Shown: in pieces, positions 1-12,780 of the stretch
Numbering within the stretch: the stretch's first letter is position 1
Layout: each line of letters starts with the position of its first letter
Assembly: GCA_035221665.1 (NCBI GenBank)
Contig: CM069157.1
Location: 29,574,001-29,638,000 of the forward strand
From: Okamejei kenojei
Taxonomy: Eukaryota
DNA length: 64,000 nucleotides
Direction of reading: 5' to 3'
Notes under the pieces: model-generated
Told to the model about the DNA's origin: nothing
Seen by the model: only the letters and a program-made list of their open reading frames with translations
Database searches by the model: none
Position numbers and translations under genes: made by a program

Positions 1-632
1 TTCCAAACACAAGGCTCCAACAAGCTCAAGAGATAAGTCCAAGTGTGACAGGTTACGTTAAGAAAAACGGTGAACACCACTTCTGAGTCAAGACCTGTAT
101 TTGAGAACCTACAATCACACCATCTTCTGATGCAGTGTTAACTGGCCAGCAAAAGTCAAGAATTAGTTCAACAAACCTCATGTCACGTTTATAAAGCTAC
201 CTTGGCCTTAAAAGACCAATTCATTAATTTTAATATAAGAAAGACCTTCTATACTTTAACCCACGCATTCTCGAGTTTCATCAGAAATTGCTACTTTATG
301 TTCCATTAAATTAGCTCAGATAATATGGGATCTATCCCTCAGCTGTGGATCCCAGGCTGATCTTTGTGAGCCACAATGAAAACTTGTCTCACCAATACAG
401 GAAGACCTCCACACAGCAGGGTTGAGCATTTGCAACCCTGCGCACGTACCTTGTGTGTCGCATAATGGTGGGGAATAGGAAAGCATCTACATAGCACACT
501 AATCCCACAACACTAATCCCTGAGGGGCCCCCAAAAGATCTTCAGACTGTCGCAAATCTTCAATCCAAACTTGTCGCCACCCACCCACCTTGCCTTACCA
601 ACACAAACACAAGTACATTGGTATAGTCAGAG

Positions 633-660
633 ACACACACACACACACACAGACACACAC
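633..660. repeat. (CA)n microsatellite
   Basis: acacacacacacacacacagacacacac. Confidence 0.95.
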
Positions 661-679
661 AGCATAACAGCTTGAGGGA

Positions 680-3267
680 AAATCACAAACTTATTAAAAA
701 GAACTTTCAATTGCATGAATCTTCTTTTGTACAAGACGTCAATCACAAGATCACACTGGCCAATGGTGGCAAATTCCCTGTACAATATCATGCAAAGACC
801 CAAGTATTTCCATAATACATGACAAACTGAAAATAAAAGCATTTGAATCTGCTCGATTCCTTCTATACAGCTCTACCCTAGTCAGTGAATATATACTTAC
901 CAAATCTTCATGACAAAGTTTAATTACATTTTTGTATAACATAGGCTTTGTTCACTGCAACAAAGGGTAGGAACACATTTGGAGACCTTTGTTCAATCAC
1001 AGGTCTGAGAAAGCTAAAGCGTTTAGCAGACTTTTGAGATTGGACCAAAGGAAAGGAGTTTGCAAAATAATAAAGTCATTAAAAATGGGAAAAATCCTGA
1101 ATACCTGCGCTCTTCCAGCTGGCAACAATCTCCACTGGATGAGTGACGAACTTGTTTGCTTCAGTTCCTCAGAACTATTTCGATCTGCTTTTGATTCAGC
1201 ACAAGCTTACAGGTAGGACAACGACTAGCTTTTGACTTGAACTATTCAAAGCAACTGATCTTGCCCACGAAGGTTCAAGGTTTACTGTACCTCCTGCGAC
1301 ACGGATCTTTGTGCAACAAAAGATTATTTAGGAACCTAAGCCTTCCACTAAATAGTGGAGAGCTGTATTTTCACAGGTTAAGTATATTTAGGCAAGACAG
1401 GCATTTTATTTAGGGTATTAATATCAAATGAATTTCTCAACAATTTTGGAGTCCAATGAAGCCCAAAACCTACCACATAAAAAAATATGTACACAAGACC
1501 TCTATATCATTGGTGACCACATCAGAATCATTTTATATACCCTATTAGGCCTAAGATAACCCAAAGCCACACTGAAGTCACTGAGGCAATAACTGGCTGA
1601 CATGATTGTGCTACAGTTAAACAACTCTCTGAAGACCTCTTAAAATAAGTGTCAGATAATCAGACAGCATCCACATCTTGGTCTTGGGAGGGTGAGCAAT
1701 ATTTAACAGTCTCAACTGTCTATCAAAAATGGTGGAGAATCCCATGTAGGATGGAATCTATTGCCCAAGTCTTAGAGTCAATGGATATTCGTCACCGGTG
1801 AAGAATTTGGATCTAGCTGGTGAAGCTTATATACCTATACCGCTGGCACGACATGTTGCCAGATCACAAGTGAGTTTGATATATCCACAACTAACCAGGA
1901 GGGAAGCATTGTATTTAACCCAGACCAATGAGGCAGGTAACTGTTCCCTAACGAGGTTTCAAGAGGGGGGTGTGATTGACCCTGGCTATTGCCAGCACTC
2001 ACTCACCACCTTTATATTTCGAGATTAACAAATCTCTTGCTGCAGGAAAAAAAAACTGTTCCACCAAAGGAAAAGGTACAAATGAAATGTGCTACAGTAT
2101 ATGATCAGCACAATGATCATAATCAGGCAAGACTCTGCCACCACCCATATTACACCTCCTTGCTTCATCGGTGAAATACAATTTGCAGTTGCAAAAATTT
2201 AGAAGCGTGGTGGCATAACTGAAGGGGTTAATGGACTCAATTGCAGCAAAGTTATTGATGGCCCTGGACCAAGTTAATCAGGTGCTACACTGGTACACTG
2301 GGAACCATCATGGTCAATTCACCTCAAATTTCTGCCAGCATCAACATTGGGTCTTCAAACACTATTGTTGGATAATTCAGACACTCACTCCACACGAAAG
2401 TGATGCATTGTCGAGCATAGGAACACCAACATATATTTTGTGCTTCACTGAAATCCAACGAAGACACTAAATGTTCTCCCTGAGCTTGTTTAAAAGTATA
2501 GAAATGACACTAGTGTTCTGCAGCTCAGTGAACTGAAAATTCAAGTGGCCTTGGAACACAAACCACTGGTGAAGCATCGTAGTTTTAAAAAAGAAAATCA
2601 AGCTCCAAGATGAAAGCTTTAAATTTAAAAAAAAAACAAAAAAAAACAAAAAAAAAACAGGGAAAGGTTCACTAAACCAATCATTGCAGATGCACGCATT
2701 ATAAACGTTTCTGGGAATCACATTGGTTTTCTTTCCTTCACATTTTCTCTTGATGAACATTTTGTACCACATTGAATTTGGCAAAAAAAAAATCACATGG
2801 GGATGTGTGGGGAGGTAACAAAAAAAAAAGCCTACATGTTGCACTATTAGTTGATGGGTAATGCGGGCACATTGGAACTCCATAGCAATGAACTCGGCCA
2901 ATTCTTAATGCTGTTAAATCCCTTACAGTACAAGATCTTATCAGAGCCAAAACAGAGGACGAATACCTCAGCCCAGTCTCTCAATATACAGTTCTGAGAA
3001 GTGTCTTGATTAAATGAATAAAGAGGTAGATTATATAAAGTAAAACTACACATCTACAACTATCCCAGAAGATGCGGCAATATTGTCCTTTTTAAAGAGC
3101 CATCTTCAGTTGTCTCAAAACTACAGCTAACCATTTGAAGAGATTCTGTCCAATGCTACATATCTGTCACAGAATACTGTATTGCTCCGGATTGGTAGTA
3201 TGTGGCACGATGAGTTTTACTGTGCTGCGAACTTGGCACATGGAGATTCCTGTCCCGTTTCTGCCCG
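680..3267 (-). other. STK40: Probable STK40 3' UTR (distal end uncertain)
   Basis: Follows the stop codon and has no recognisable interspersed repeats. It has U-rich tracts on the mRNA strand (2626-2660, 2783-2830). Candidate poly(A) signals are AATAAA (1405-1410), ATTAAA (919-924) and AATAAG (about 690-695), the last followed by a GT-rich tract. Confidence 0.6.
1405..1410 (-). terminator. Candidate polyadenylation signal AATAAA
   Basis: tttatt on the plus strand; the only canonical hexamer I found between the stop codon and the window start. Confidence 0.4.
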
Positions 3268-3483
3268 TCATTTCCGCAAATAGCGCTGAGCAAGGATTGC
3301 TGCATCGAGAGGATTTATGGGCTGGGCATCATGGCCCAGTCGCCGTACTGGCGGGATGTTACTAAACTGTCTCTTCTGTGCAAAACTCTTCACCTCGTGC
3401 ATAGTGTTTCCCTCAGCCAGCATTAACTGCTGCCGCATGTAGTTTTCAAATTCATACTGTGACGATTCTTCGGTGACTTTTGC
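3268..3483 (-). CDS. STK40: STK40 last coding exon, with TGA stop
   Basis: AKVTEESSQYEFENYMRQQLMLAEG...PPVRRLGHDAQPINPLDAAILAQRYLRK*; acceptor tttctcgctcag; 216 nt. The ten exons sum to 1296 nt = 431 aa plus stop. Confidence 0.97.
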   Translation of the reverse strand, partial: AKVTEESSQYEFENYMRQQLMLAEGNTMHEVKSFAQKRQFSNIPPVRRLGHDAQPINPLDAAILAQRYLRK

Positions 3484-4044
3484 CTGAGCGAGAAAGAGAA
3501 TGCTGTTAAAGAGATACACTACATTTGACTTTAATTACAGAGAAATAATGACATTTGTTTCAATGTAATTCAAAATTAATGGCCCAAACCAAAAAAGCCA
3601 GTACAGTGTGGATAGGGTGAAGGAGTAAATATTATATTATCAGCTTTTTAAATGAAATGGTTACTTTATATTGCTGCAGACAACAGGAAATTTCATCAGA
3701 ATACAACTTAGGACCCATTCAGGACCCCCCCCGGATTTGGAACTAAATACTCCAAATAGGCTGCTGCACACTTCTTTAAATGGGCTTTATAAAAACATGC
3801 AACTGAAATAACCTTCCTCCAGAGGGCACTTCAGAATACAATTTTAACCGCAACCACAGCTCTTCGTAGTAAGAGTCGGTCATTCAGCTCCAGGGTTTGT
3901 CACTAGGCCAGCTGCCTGGCAAAAACAGTTGTTTGGTGAATTTTCTTCTCATAGCAATTTCAGGCTTGTAAGTAGAACCCCTTCTCTATTTCCATGACTC
4001 AATTATCCCTACCAGGTACAATTGAGGTTGGTATAGATGGAGTA

Positions 4045-5220
4045 GAGTCGGTGTTATGCAGTGTGGAAACAGGTCCTTCAGCCCAACCTGCCCACACCGT
4101 CCAGCATGCCCCATCTATACCAGTCCCAGCTGTCTGCATTTGGCCAATATCCCTTTGAACTTATCTTATTCCATGTTCCTGTCCAAATGTTTTAAAAATG
4201 TTCTGATAAAACCTGTCTCAACTTCCTACTCTGGTAGCTTGTCCATATATTACCACCCTTCGTGTAAAAACATTGCCCCAAGGTTCCTAACAAGTCTTTC
4301 CCACCTCATCTTAAACCTCTGGTCCTCGATTCCCCTACCCTGGGTAGAAGAGACTGTGCTTTTACCCTATCTATTCCTCCAAGATCACGCTTCATCCTCC
4401 CGTGCCTCAAAAAATAAAGTCTTAGCCTGCTCAACCTCTCCTTACAATTCAGGCACTCGACTCCTGGCAACATCCTTGAAAATCTTCTCTGCACCCTTTC
4501 CAGCTTAACACCATTTTTCCTCTAACAGGGTAACCAAAACTGAACACAATACTCTAAATGCGGCTTCACCAATGTCTTGTACAATTTTAACATTACCTCC
4601 CAACTCTAGTCTGCCCAAATAGTAACCTAAAAAAATGTACGATCGCTTGCTTAATGGACCAGTCCCACTTAGATGACTCTTTAGGCGACAGCCAGGGACG
4701 AATTGTATTGGAATTCACCTATGACACTTGCCAGTAATCTACGACAACAAAAATTGTTGCCACTGTTGCCGAAAAATTTTCAACGTTGAAAATTTTGTGG
4801 CAGTCACCATAGTCACCCCAAAAAATCGCCTAAGTGGGACAGGCCCATTAGACTCCTGTGCCCTGGAGAAAAACTGACCATCCCCTAATTTATGCTCCTC
4901 ATGATTTCATTTACATGAAATATTGCCCAAGCTCCAGGGAAAAAAAAAATCTCCAGCCTATCCAGTCTCTCGTTATAACTGGAGCCCTTCAGTTCTGGGC
5001 GCATTCTCAGGATTTTTTTTCTACTCCCTTTTCCGCTTAATGACATCCTTGCTATACTTTGATGGCCAGAACGGCACATAATACACCCAAGTGTGTTCTC
5101 ACGACATCTTGAACAGTTGAAACTTGACGTCCCAATTCTTGCACACAATATCCTGACTGATGAACACAAACCAACAAAATGCCTTCACCACCATCACCAC
5201 TTTCAGAGAACTACAGACAG
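4045..5220 (-). mobile_element. Two decayed CR1-type LINE 3' fragments, separated by a MITE
   Basis: Minus-strand peptides QRRFSRMLPG..KERLSRL and RMRPELKGSSYNERLDRL resemble the CR1 ORF2 C-terminus. A CR1 3'-UTR-like end (ggaaacaggtccttcagcccaac) lies near 4065. Confidence 0.8.
4654..4848. mobile_element. MITE (non-autonomous DNA transposon)
   Basis: Terminal inverted repeats ATGGACCAGTCCCACTTAG / CTAAGTGGGACAGGCCCAT, flanked by TA on both sides. A perfect 24-bp internal palindrome lies at 4773-4796. Confidence 0.8.
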
Positions 5221-5640
5221 GCACCTTGCATTTTGTGTCTTTGATTTGTGCGTTTTTATAAATAAAGCACGTATTAATTTAATGCCAAAGCTTGATTTAC
5301 ACGCTTGTATTTTTGGAGTAACGCGCTTAAATTTCCACCTGGCAAAGTAGTTGCAAATGTGTTTTTGAATTACACGCTGCTTTTCAAGAAAGCGACCCTG
5401 TGGAAAACGCGAAGTGCTGCTATGTATCTATTTTATGAGTCCCTAGGATCTTGCCATTACTCTGCAAGTCTAGCCCTGCATTAATTTACAAATATGAAAC
5501 ACTACATTTGTCAGTGATAAATTTCTTATGGCCCACTTTCTCAAAATCTACGATAACCTTCCTCACTATCCACTATCCCAACAATTTGGAGTAATCCACA
5601 AACATACTAACCATGACAACTACATTCTCATACAAATCAA

Positions 5641-5664
5641 TATATATATATATATATATATATA
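5641..5664. repeat. (TA)n microsatellite within a decayed CR1 fragment (about 5520-5810)
   Basis: tatatatatatatatatatatata. Confidence 0.9.
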
Positions 5665-7269
5665 ACGAAGAACAGTGGGAGCAGGACTGATTTCTGTGGC
5701 ACACCACAGATCACAGACCTCCAGTCTAAAAAAACAAACCATCCACTACTACACTCAGCCTCCTAGGCTAGGGTAACTCATCATGGATCCCACATGATCT
5801 AACCTTACTGGTTATTCTAAGGATAGCCACTTAAAAAAACAGCAAGTCAAGATCATGACTGGTGCCTCGAGTCTGGTTTCATAAATTTTCTGTGGTTAAA
5901 ATCTAAAATGGCAATTTCAATAACAGTTCCACACTGAACAACCAACTCTGACACTTCCATTACACAAAAAACTCCAACAAATGACTGTTATGCCATGCGT
6001 CAAGCATAAATGCATAACACGAGTTCAAATACCTTTGAAAGATAAACATCAATTCAATAATAATAAATAATCCTCTTCCCCATAAAAAAATCTTATGATC
6101 TGTGTGGGGCCCAGCATTACACAATATGCACTAAATGCTTGAAGAAACCGAATTCCAGATATGCTTGCAGATGTCACTGGGTCAAGAGTCATGTCACTTC
6201 AGTCGTTACTTCAAGAGGTTTGGAAATGCAAGGTCAAAAGGCAAATTCAATGTGTCAAGAACAAATACCATCTGGAGTACCAAACTCAATTTAACCACTG
6301 ATTCACTGAAATGTATTGGTCATGGAGGGGGAAAAAAAAATTCACCCAATAATGCCGGTGCTTCATGTTGTGAGCAGGTACAAACTACTCAAGTAGGTAC
6401 CAATTTGGCACAGAGGTTAGTGCTGCTGCTTCAAAACTGTAGGGGACCTGAATGCTGTCTGTATGGAGGTTGTAAAGAGTTACGAGTGTTTTATCGCCAT
6501 ATGTACCAAAATGGAACAATTAAATTGTTACTTGCATGTTTTTCCCGACTGTGTAGGTTTTCTCTGGGTTCTCCAGTTAAGTAATTCGATTAGTAATCTG
6601 ATCTAAATTATTTTATTAATTAATTACTTGTATAATTAACTTATGCCAATTAATTAGCCTAGATAAACTATTCTTTGCTTCAGTTAATAGGGGAAAAAAT
6701 TGAAGGGTTGCTGATGAATATGTATGAAAGAGGAAGTCAGAAGGGTACAAAGAAATAAGGAGGGGGATATGAAATTAATTGGCCTGCTACTCCAAGTCAG
6801 AATGAATCAAAAAGTATTTTTGTGTGTCATGCAAGATAAGTTGAGTTGAAGGGAGTGAATTACATTAGAATAGGAGTGACCTCTAAAACCTTTTATTTGT
6901 TTAACTAGATTCAACTGTTCTGTAACTCTGCTCCATTTTCCTGCCTTGCCCACTGCCAAAACAATATTTCTCCCACATTGATCCCGATGCACCATAGCCT
7001 GATAAAATCAGGATAAATACAGATAAACTATTTTCTCTGGTGAGAGCATTTTCCAGAATAATGGGGTATAGAATATTATAATTAGAACTAGGCTACTTGA
7101 GAGTGAAGTTGCAAGAGTAACAAACTCTAAATTGTTGTGGATTACCTAACACCAATTCAAGATTGAGATTAGAATTTTACTTGGACAAGGGTACAGATGA
7201 TAAAATGAGGTATGGAACACACAAAGGGATATATAGATCACTCTTAATGTTCTTCATTCCATTCAACTA

Positions 7270-7520
7270 AATGGTTGGTGCAGCAGAGGTGGTGCCTCAC
7301 AGCACCAGAGACCCAGGTTCAATCCGCACCTCGGCCATAGCCCACACGTTCTTTGTCAAATGCCTTTCGTCGCACATCCCAAAGACACACGGATTGGTAA
7401 ATAAACTGGCCACCGCAAGTTGCCGTTGGTGTGTACATGAAGAGGTAGAAACAGGGTTTGTTTTGGATGGAGTTGATAGGGATATATGGAGAATTAAACA
7501 GGATCAATGTAATGATGGTA
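7270..7520 (+). mobile_element. Decayed tRNA-derived SINE (HE1-like)
   Basis: B-box-like gacccaggttcaatcc and body cacatcccaaagac, shared with the other SINE copies. Confidence 0.65.
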
Positions 7521-8444
7521 GCCCATGTTATACCTCTTAAGACTTCTGAGTTTCTTGAATGACTAAATGTTTACAGAATAATAGTCAAGGACATCAGGAA
7601 CTGGGTAAGATATGGCCAGAAGGATCAAACAAACTAGATGTTCTTTTTGGTCTCTGTTGAATTGAGGCGCCATCATTAGCCTGACTATGTGACTTAACAT
7701 GGAAGGAAAACACTCCCACTCATAGGTGCTTGTTAAAAAGGATGTGCACATGATTTTGAGATAACATTAGCACTGGCTTGATTACAATATTGTTATTCAC
7801 ACCCTGGGATTGGTAGTCAAAGCCTGAGGACAACAGTATTTTGAACAGATTGTCCGAGAAAAAAGTGCTTCCAGGGGATGTAAAAACAAAAATGTCAGCA
7901 GCCATCTTATGAAGCAATCATATCAAAACATCAACTCCACAGTCAAAGCTGATTGCCTAAGAGATACTGCAAGACAGACTGGCTACACAATAATTCTGGT
8001 GCACATGCTGGCTAATTCCCAGTGCCTGGAAGCTTGCATGATTCATTATAACTGAGGCCAGGCGTGCAATGTCAAATTAATAGTTGAAACATCAGAATAA
8101 TTAGTGGAAGGCACAAGAGTGATGAGTTTGAGAGCAAGTGAGTCACTTTCCCCCACTGTTGCTTCATTAAGCTTACACGTTTCATTTGGTTAGCAAACCC
8201 AAATAAAACACTTGGACTCTTGCACAAATATGGGGTGGGTGCTCTGGAACAATATCATTACGTCGCTGAGTTGCAAAGATGAGGTCGCTATTTGTTTACA
8301 CAACAGTACCAACCCAAACCAGACAACTCCCTGCTATGGAATTAAACCCGACACACCAAAATTATTGCATTTAGGCAATCTGGATTTTAATCGCATTGAT
8401 TAATGTTTCAGTGCACAGGATCATTGGACATCAAGCTTTCATAC

Positions 8445-8529
8445 CTCTTGTAAGATTTCTGGATTATTGACTTGGTCATCAATATCTGGCACCACTTGCA
8501 AAGGACCACTAAGCGATGAAAGAGACTGC
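8445..8529 (-). CDS. STK40: STK40 coding exon 9 (COP1-binding VP motif)
   Basis: (W)QSLSSLSGPLQVVPDIDDQVNNPEILQE; acceptor tttttgcag, donor GTATGA; 85 nt. Confidence 0.96.
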
Positions 8530-8889
8530 CTGCAAAAAAAAAATCAGGAAGTATTTTGTCAAAACAAAAACACGTACTTCATATACGTATTCTTAAACAA
8601 TACAAGACTCTTATTTAGCTGAGATCATGGGAATATACTGGGAAACAATTGCATCTTGAGTCTCAATGTAAGCCCTCACCAGAAAAAAAGGATTTAATTC
8701 ACTTTTTCTCAGTCTGCATCAGAACTATCCAGCTCTGCTGCTGTGCCCATTTGTAGAACTTAACTTAGTTTTTTCTGTCCACGGACATGTTGGCCGTTGT
8801 TGGGCATTTCCTACAGCCATTGACCTGCATTTCACAGCTTTTAAAAGGTTGTTTTCTAACAGTACTCATTAATTTATTAACAAGGTGAT

Positions 8890-9480
8890 TTAGAATCAGT
8901 CATTTAGCACGGAAACGGGCCCTTCAGCCCAACGTGTCCGTGTCGACCAAGATGCTCTATCTAATGCAAGTCCCACCCACTCATGGAACCCACACCACCA
9001 TCACCTTGAATCTATGTCTTCTGGTTCTTGATTCCCCTATTCTGTGTAAAAGACTGTGCACTCATCCCATCTATTCTCCTCATGATTTTATACACCTCAA
9101 AATTATCATCCCTCAGCCTCCTGTGCTCCAAGGAATAAAGTCTAGCCTGTCCAACCCATCCTGTGTAACTCAGGCTCTTGAATCCTGGCAACGTGCTTGC
9201 AAATCATCTCTGCACTCTTTCTAGCTTAATGACGTCCTTCCTAAACTGAACGCAATACTCCAAATGCTGCCTTACCAACATATTATACAATGTAAGTGAA
9301 CATCCCAACTTACCCAACACCCTGACTGATGAAAGCCTTCTTGACCTGTGAAGCCACTTTCAGGGAACAATGTAGATCCCTCTGCTCCCTAGCGCCCCAT
9401 CATTCACTGTGAAGGTCCTGCTCTGGTTTAACTTTCCAAATTGTAACACCTGCTCTCACTTATCTGCATTAAACTCCAAC
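8890..9480 (-). mobile_element. CR1-type LINE 3' fragment
   Basis: Collinear similarity to 4045-4610 (ggaaacgggcccttcagcccaac ... tctctgcactctttctagcttaat). Confidence 0.75.
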
Positions 9481-10079
9481 TGGGTCACAATGTCAATCCC
9501 AATCCGAGAAACACCTTTTGTTTTTACCAATCCCTCCCCTGTCCGCCAGAAACTTATTTTCTTTCTTTCCAAATTCCGATGAAGGGTCTTTGACCTGAAA
9601 CATGGGCTATCTCCACAGATACTACCTGACCTGTTAAGTGTTTCCAGCATGTTCTGTTGTTTTTTTTTTTTTTAATTTTGGAGTTCCAGCAGCTGTAGTA
9701 GATTTCCAGGATTTTAAAATGATATGGCCTGGGGCAAGAGGCAGGGCAGAGCATTTCCCTCTCATTGAGTCATCACGAAGACTGTGAATCATGTGCAATA
9801 AATAGATTCCCATGGCAACAAGATCCCTTTGAAGGAAGAAAAGCAACTAAGCAATCAATACTTTGTGAAGGGGAATAGCTGGAATTGAAATGGCGAAGTG
9901 TTGTTCAGCTCAGACGATGTCATCTTATATCTGCATGGATTATTCCTGCTTGTAAATAAGCATAATCCAACTTGCCATGGTTATAACAAGATTCTTGAAA
10001 AAATGTTCATTAGAATATTTAAGTATGGAAATAACCAGGGACAGGAGTAGCATCTTTGAAAGTGTGCAAGAACTTTTAA

Positions 10080-10390
10080 ACAGTAGAGCTGCTGTCTCTC
10101 AGCGCTAAAGTGTCGGGTTCGAGCTTGACGTTGGGTTCGAGCTTGACGTTGGGTGCTCTGTGTGGAGTTTGCATGCTCTCTCTGTGACCACATTTCCTTC
10201 GGGTGCTCCAGTTGCCTCCCTCATCCCAAAGACGTGCGGGTTTGTTGGTAAATTGGCCTCTAAATTGCCCCTTGTGTGTAGGGATGGATGTGAAAGTGGG
10301 CAAACAGTATGTGTGTGAATTGGTGCTCAATGGATGGCTTGGACTCAGTGGGATATGGGGCCAGTTTCCACGCTGTACCTTTCAATTAAA
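10080..10390 (+). mobile_element. tRNA-derived SINE (HE1-like) with a tandem duplication of the B box
   Basis: gtagagctgctg...; the 18-mer gggttcgagcttgacgtt occurs twice (10115-10150); conserved body ggagtttgcatg...ccgggtgctccagtt...taaattgccc. Confidence 0.8.
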
Positions 10391-11499
10391 TCAGTTTGTA
10401 CCACAGGTAACTGAAGAGTGGGCAAACCTGTTTCCAACCTATCCAAGACAGTGGATGATATCAACATCAATATTGAGGAAGAATGCAATAAACAGATGTC
10501 TAACATTTTTTATCATTAATGTTTTATCATCATTAATGTTTAGTGTTTTCTGAGTCATGCGTAACTGTCACTGTATGTCATGTTGTTAAGTGGGTGGAGC
10601 ACCAAGGCAAATTCCTTGTATGTGAATACTTGGCCAATAAACTTACTTATAAAAGTGGAAAAGAACAGGCAAGTAAGCGAGGAAACAACTCACAATCTGA
10701 TCATTTGTCCAGTCTTCAATGTCGTGTATAATGCTGAGGGGAGACAGCTAATGTGTAGTGCTGTTTATAAAATAGGAAATAGTCCATGTTGCTGCTGGGC
10801 AGCCAGCCCAAAATGAATAATGAACATATTATTGTTATTAAAGTTGAGGCACAGAAATGACAATGTTGTGAGGACATTAAGGCTTGTCAGCATTAATTTG
10901 TTATGGTGAGATCAAGTTTGATTGATGGTTGTTTTTCCTAAACCAGAGATTAACATGGAGAATAATCAGATAGCAGAATTGAACTTTGGCTAGATATTTC
11001 ACCAGGCCCACCTTAAGCAAAGGTTTAAAGCCCATGAGAGGCTTGAGTAAGATCAGTGGAAGCAATAGCTATCAGGCTTTGGGAGTTTTAGGAGTGGGGG
11101 CTCCCGTGCTGTGGAGACCTTCGGGATTCAATACAAGGTCCCTTGCTTTTCAGGTTATAGATTAATGACTTGCGTTTTATAACCAGGATTTACCAATAAT
11201 ACTACAATCAACGGTGCAGTTGTTTGTGAGTAAGAAAGTTCTAGGCCACAGGAAGACACCAAAAAAGTAATTAGATGTTGTGCTAAAATGGTCAGGTAAT
11301 TAATCTGGGGAGGGAAAACAAGGATTGGGTATGAATGCATGATACTAAGGAGCATGATGAACTGGGGGTGTGGCAACGTTTTCAGGTCATGACACAAACA
11401 GATAGCCAGTTATGACAGCATACTTACCTTTATTAGAATTAATGGAAGGGAGGGCAGAAATGTTTCCACACATCTCTACCCTACACAGCTTACCCCTTG

Positions 11500-11595
11500 A
11501 TATAACACAAAGTGCAGGAGTAACTCAGCAGGCCAGGCAGCATCCATGAAGGGAATGGGCAGACGACGTTTTGGGTTGGGACCCTTCATCAGACA
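11500..11595 (-). mobile_element. Penelope-derived short element with a hammerhead-like motif
   Basis: Minus strand reads gtCTGATGAagggtcccaacccAAAAcGTC, followed by the family tail gatgctgcctg...gctgagttactcc. Confidence 0.7.
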
Positions 11596-12044
11596 ATAAC
11601 CCAGGGGTGATCCCAGTAGGCCTTGCACAATAGTAAAACAACTCTCTCACGCCTACAAGCAAATACACTGGAATATAGAATAACATACTATTTTTCACTC
11701 AATCGCTTGCTTCACCTGAATATTAGCTTCAGTGACTTGCTTCGAAGCACACTACCTTTTGAAGATCAACGTTACCCACATTGTTGCCATTTAACAAATA
11801 CTCTTCTTCTGTAATGTGCAGCAATGCGGATGATCTCTTATTTTTCTACATTATATTCATTTCGCAACGTTGTCACCCCCTCAGTTTGTCGGTATGACTT
11901 AGAAGTCATCTCACATCTTCCTCTGCACTCATATCCCACCTAGTTTTTTTTATCATTAGCAAATGTGAGAATTTGACTTTTCAACCACCCAGCATTGACA
12001 CAGATAGTGCATAGCTGAGACCCCACTGGTGTTCACCTTCCAGC

Positions 12045-12780
12045 AGGGGCGCCGGGGAGATGGCTGCCCTGCCGGCAGTCTATTTGTATTTTCTTTCTTT
12101 TTGTTATCTTTTAGTGTTAAAAGTTTGTTTTAATGTTCTTCGGTTTGTTTTATGTGGGGGGAGGGGGGAGGGGATCGGGGGAAACTTTTTTTCAAGCTCT
12201 TACCTTCCCGGAGATGTGATCAATTTTCGGATCACATTCTCCGGGCTCTGCGGCCTACCATCGATGGAGCTGGAAGCCTCCTCAGACTGTCGTGAGCCCC
12301 ACCGCGGGCTGCGGACTTAACATCGCAGCTGAACCCTTGCCTGGGATCGCTCCCTCTGGGACCACCGCGGGATCACCATCAAGGGCTCGCAGTCTCGAGT
12401 GAGGCTCCAACGCCGTGGAAGGTTTGACCAGCCCCGCCGCGAGGTTCGATCGCCCGGCGCGGGGGAGCTGACATCCCCCCCGTGATGCGGGAGCTTGATC
12501 GCCTCGACGCGGAGGGCATGAACGCCGCCAGCTACGGGAGTCAAGATCATCCCGTCCACGGGGGCTCGAGGCCCACGACCGAGGAAGAACAAAAGGAAGT
12601 GACTTGAACTTTATTTCACCTTCCATCACAATGAGTGACGGAATCACTGTGGTGGATGTTCACGTTATAATGTGTTTTTTGAGTGATCTGTTGCTTTTAA
12701 TTGTATGACTGACCTGGCCAATGAAATTCCTCGTATGTTACAAAACATACTTGCCAAATAAAGCGTGATTCTGATTCTGT
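12045..12780 (+). mobile_element. GC/CpG-rich non-autonomous retroelement with a LINE-like 3' tail
   Basis: CpG-rich body ending aaataaagcgtgattctgattctg. It shares its architecture and a hairpin with 17546-18365. Confidence 0.65.
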
